Positions 61,159-64,000 of a DNA stretch of 64,000 nt are shown piece by piece. How positions within the stretch are numbered: position 1 is the stretch's first letter; each line of letters begins with the position of its first letter. Below the pieces are notes generated by a model. The model saw only the letters and a program-made list of their open reading frames with translations, was not told the DNA's origin and searched no databases. Both the position numbers and the translations under genes were made by a program. Source of the stretch: Xanthobacter sp. (GTDB lineage: Bacteria; Pseudomonadota; Alphaproteobacteria; Rhizobiales; Xanthobacteraceae); assembly GCA_050252035.1 (NCBI GenBank), contig JBFWLR010000007.1, positions 73,379 through 137,378 on the forward strand, written 5' to 3'.

Positions 61159-63072
61159 CTACTTGCCGGGAACACGCCACCATGTCTCGCTCAATGTCCC
61201 ATACAGGGAGGGGTGATCAGGGTGTGCGATCCGGCTCCAGCGTGCCAGCCACTGGCCAGGTGTATGAAACAGGGGAATGGCGTATGCGCCTGAAACCAGA
61301 ACCCTGTCCAGAGCGCGGGTGGCGGCAACGAAATGCGCTTCATCCCGGGCGAGAACGAGGGCTGTGATGGCTGCATCCGCAGCCGGGCTTTGCATCCCCA
61401 TATAATTGCGTGTGCCTGGCTGCTGCGCGGCTTTTGAGCCAAAATAGAAGGCCTGTTCATTGCCCGGAGAGAGGGATTGCTGCCAAGTGTTGGGCATCAT
61501 GTCGAAATCAAAGCTTTTCCGGCGTGCATTGAACTGCACATTATCGACATAACGGACGTGCGCTGTGATGCCCGCGCGGCGGAGTTGGTTGGCATAAGCG
61601 AGTGCAAGGCGCTCCTGCTCACGGGTGGCGACCATAATTTCAAAGGCAAATAGTGCGCCATCCGTCTCATGCACCATGTGTTGATCGCGCAAAACCCATC
61701 CGGCAGAAGACAGCAACTGCAATGCGTCTTGCAAATGAGTGCGATCACGCCCGGAGCCATCGGAAACGGGGGGGAGATATGTCCCTTCCAGCACATTTGG
61801 CACAATCTCTGCCGCAAAAGGCGCGAGCAGCTGGCGTTCCAGGGCATTGGCCGGTTGGTTAAGGGCTGAAAGATGGGACCCCTGAAAGAAGCTGCCCGTG
61901 CGGGCATATAGGCCATAGTAGAAATTGCGGTTCAGCCACTCAAAATCAAACAGTTCGATCAGGGCCTGCCGGACGCGGATATCCGCGAACAGGGGGCGTC
62001 TCGTATTGAAAACAAGAGCAGAATAGGGCTGCGGCACCCCCGTTGGAATGGTCTCTTTCACCACCGCGCCATCGCGCATGGCTGGAAACACATAGCCGGT
62101 CTGCCAGCGCGTCGGATCCGTTTCGAAGCGCGCGTCGATCAGCCCCTTCTTGAAGGCTTCAAACTCGCTGTTGGCATCGCGAAAATACACGAAGCGCAAC
62201 GTCTCGAAATTATGCATGCCGCGGTTCACGGGCAGATCTCGGCCCCAATAGTTAGGGTTGCGTTTCAGAGTGATGGAGGCCCCGGCCTCCATATCCTGAA
62301 TGCGGTAGGGGCCCGAGCCCAGAAGCGGTGTGAGGCCCCCTTCCTCAAACGTTTCCGGGTCTTGCTGAGACGACAGAACCGGCATGAGGCCCATGATCAG
62401 CGCCAGCTCCGGGTCCGGCCCTGAAAAGGTGAAGCGCACCGAGTGAGCATCTGGAGCTTCAGCTTGCGCGACCTTGCCATAATAGAGCCGGTAGTTTGGG
62501 CGGCCTTTGGCCTTCAACAAGGCGAAGGAAAAAAGCACATCCGCACTTGTCAGGGCCGAGCCATCGGAAAAGCGGGCATTCGGATCAAGGTGGAATTCCA
62601 CGAAACTGCGTGCAGTGTCTGTAGTGATGGTTCGGGCAATGAGGGGGTAGAGCGTGAAAGGTTCATCATAGGCCCGCATCATGAGGCTTTCATACATCTT
62701 GCCGCGCAGGAAACCGGGAGCGGACCCCTTGATGATGAAGGGGTTGAGGCTATCGAATGTGCCCAGTGCGGAGAGCGTGAGACGCCCTCCTTGTGGCGCA
62801 TTCGGGTTCACATAGGCAAAGGCACTGAAGCCGGGCTCCATGGCGGGCTGCCCATGCATGGCGATGGCGGAAGCTGTGACGGTTTTACTGATTTCGCGCG
62901 ACAGGGAGCCTGGCTGCGTCGTCATTTCACCATGTGCAAAATTTCCTGCGCATACTGCAACCGCGAGCCCCATCATGAATGGGGCCCCCGACCTGAGGAG
63001 GGGCCTGAGGGCTTTTGCGCGGCGTGGCATGTCTCTTCTCCAGCTTGGGCGCTTTACCGATGGGCAGGCCAT
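61159..63072 (-). CDS. ABC family-5 extracellular solute-binding protein (YejA-like)
   Basis: AIAMHGQP, YVNPNAPQGG, GTFDSLNPFIIKG, LGSGPY, YWGRDLPVNRG; start may be ~63030. Confidence 0.9.
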   Translation of the reverse strand: MACPSVKRPSWRRDMPRRAKALRPLLRSGAPFMMGLAVAVCAGNFAHGEMTTQPGSLSREISKTVTASAIAMHGQPAMEPGFSAFAYVNPNAPQGGRLTLSALGTFDSLNPFIIKGSAPGFLRGKMYESLMMRAYDEPFTLYPLIARTITTDTARSFVEFHLDPNARFSDGSALTSADVLFSFALLKAKGRPNYRLYYGKVAQAEAPDAHSVRFTFSGPDPELALIMGLMPVLSSQQDPETFEEGGLTPLLGSGPYRIQDMEAGASITLKRNPNYWGRDLPVNRGMHNFETLRFVYFRDANSEFEAFKKGLIDARFETDPTRWQTGYVFPAMRDGAVVKETIPTGVPQPYSALVFNTRRPLFADIRVRQALIELFDFEWLNRNFYYGLYARTGSFFQGSHLSALNQPANALERQLLAPFAAEIVPNVLEGTYLPPVSDGSGRDRTHLQDALQLLSSAGWVLRDQHMVHETDGALFAFEIMVATREQERLALAYANQLRRAGITAHVRYVDNVQFNARRKSFDFDMMPNTWQQSLSPGNEQAFYFGSKAAQQPGTRNYMGMQSPAADAAITALVLARDEAHFVAATRALDRVLVSGAYAIPLFHTPGQWLARWSRIAHPDHPSLYGTLSETWWRVPGK

Positions 63073-63284
63073 AGGCTTGTGATCTTATTCAAGCGAATCG
63101 TGTCTTTGTCGTGTATTGGCCTCATTCATCGGCCAGTTAGGCGATGAAGAGAAATATGGGGCTCAGGCATTGGCTTTTGCCAATTTGTTGCCTTAATTGC
63201 CTCTGAGAGAGCCGAATTGAAAAAGGGCTGATGCTTCGCGCGGCAAGGGATATGAAAGCGGCGGAGCGCACCACAGGAAAGGCC

Positions 63285-63986
63285 ATGATGAACAAGACCC
63301 ATTCCAACGCGAAGCTCAAGCTGGGGCTCGTTGCCACGCTGTTTACTGCTGTGCTCGCGGGGCCGGCCTTTGCCCAGTCGCAGCCTGCTGCGGGTGCCAA
63401 GGACCAGCAGGCGGAAGAGAAGGTTAACTTCTCGGCTTCGCCCTGGCAGAAGATTTGTCAGGAAAATCCGCAGAATAAGAAGAAGGTCTGTGTGATCAGC
63501 CAGATCCTCGGTGTCGACAACCAGGCGATTGCCAAGGTCGATATCGTTGAGATGGATGGTGAACCGAAGAAGCGTCTCAACGTTTCTGTGCCGCTTGGTA
63601 TGCGTCTGCAGCCGGGTATGCGCATCACGCTGGACAAGGACCCTGTTGCGATCCCCTTCATCATCTGCCAGCCCATCCAGGGTGGTGGCGCGACATGTGT
63701 GGGTGATGTGGAAGTGGATGCCAGCTTCATTGCCAAGCTGAAGAAGGCCAATGCCGTTTACCTGCAGATGGTGAATGGCCCCGGGCGCACCCTTTCCCTG
63801 CCTATCTCCAACGGTGATTTCGGCAAGGCCTATGATGGGCCTGGCGTGGACGCCAAGGTGGCCATGGAGCAGGAAAAGAAGCGCATGGAAGAGGCTATGG
63901 CCCAGCAGCAGAAGCTGGAAGAACAGAACAAGGCTGCCCTTCTGAAGAAGGGGCAGGAGCTGGAAAAGGCCAATTCTGGCAAGTAA
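63285..63986 (+). CDS. Invasion associated locus B (IalB) family protein
   Basis: Signal peptide, SPWQKIC...VC, VPLGMRLQPG, FIIC...C, GDFGKAYDGP. Confidence 0.85.
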   Translation: MMNKTHSNAKLKLGLVATLFTAVLAGPAFAQSQPAAGAKDQQAEEKVNFSASPWQKICQENPQNKKKVCVISQILGVDNQAIAKVDIVEMDGEPKKRLNVSVPLGMRLQPGMRITLDKDPVAIPFIICQPIQGGGATCVGDVEVDASFIAKLKKANAVYLQMVNGPGRTLSLPISNGDFGKAYDGPGVDAKVAMEQEKKRMEEAMAQQQKLEEQNKAALLKKGQELEKANSGK

Positions 63987-64000
63987 TCTGGTAAGTGATG

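Overview
Alphaproteobacterial chromosome segment, Hyphomicrobiales/Rhizobiales-like by gene content. 1-27.8 kb is mostly core: dinB, divK plus an EcpR1-like sRNA, cobS operon, LysM/M23 peptidase, nagZ-scpAB-tatABC-serS, surE, sdhE-mfd, a TPR-glycosyltransferase and tRNA-Ser(GCT). An ~8.2 kb LysR-linked catabolic cassette (COG4091-like oxidoreductase, cupin, KdgT, AldA, LldD, Hyi-like isomerase) splits the usual serS-surE junction. From tRNA-Ser to ~55.9 kb lies a decaying ~28 kb accessory region with no integrase and no att repeat that I could find. It carries TetR-MFS-GNAT, a phasin-like gene, TetR-yhiI-rbbA-yhhJ, four IS5-family elements (three stacked at shared CTAG sites), one IS3, and a meta-cleavage cluster for a probably lipophilic phenol (HsaA/HsaB-like monooxygenase, extradiol dioxygenase, SCP2 protein, C-C hydrolase, FadL, FadD, AraC, TetR) whose lower pathway is collapsed into a hydratase::aldolase fusion pseudogene. 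The right end holds a LiuR-like MerR regulator, lipB, tRNA-Leu(GAG), a [2Fe-2S] protein with a siderophore-interacting protein, small hypothetical proteins, an orphan family-5 solute-binding protein and an IalB-family gene. All family calls come from recognising motifs by eye; no database searches were run.
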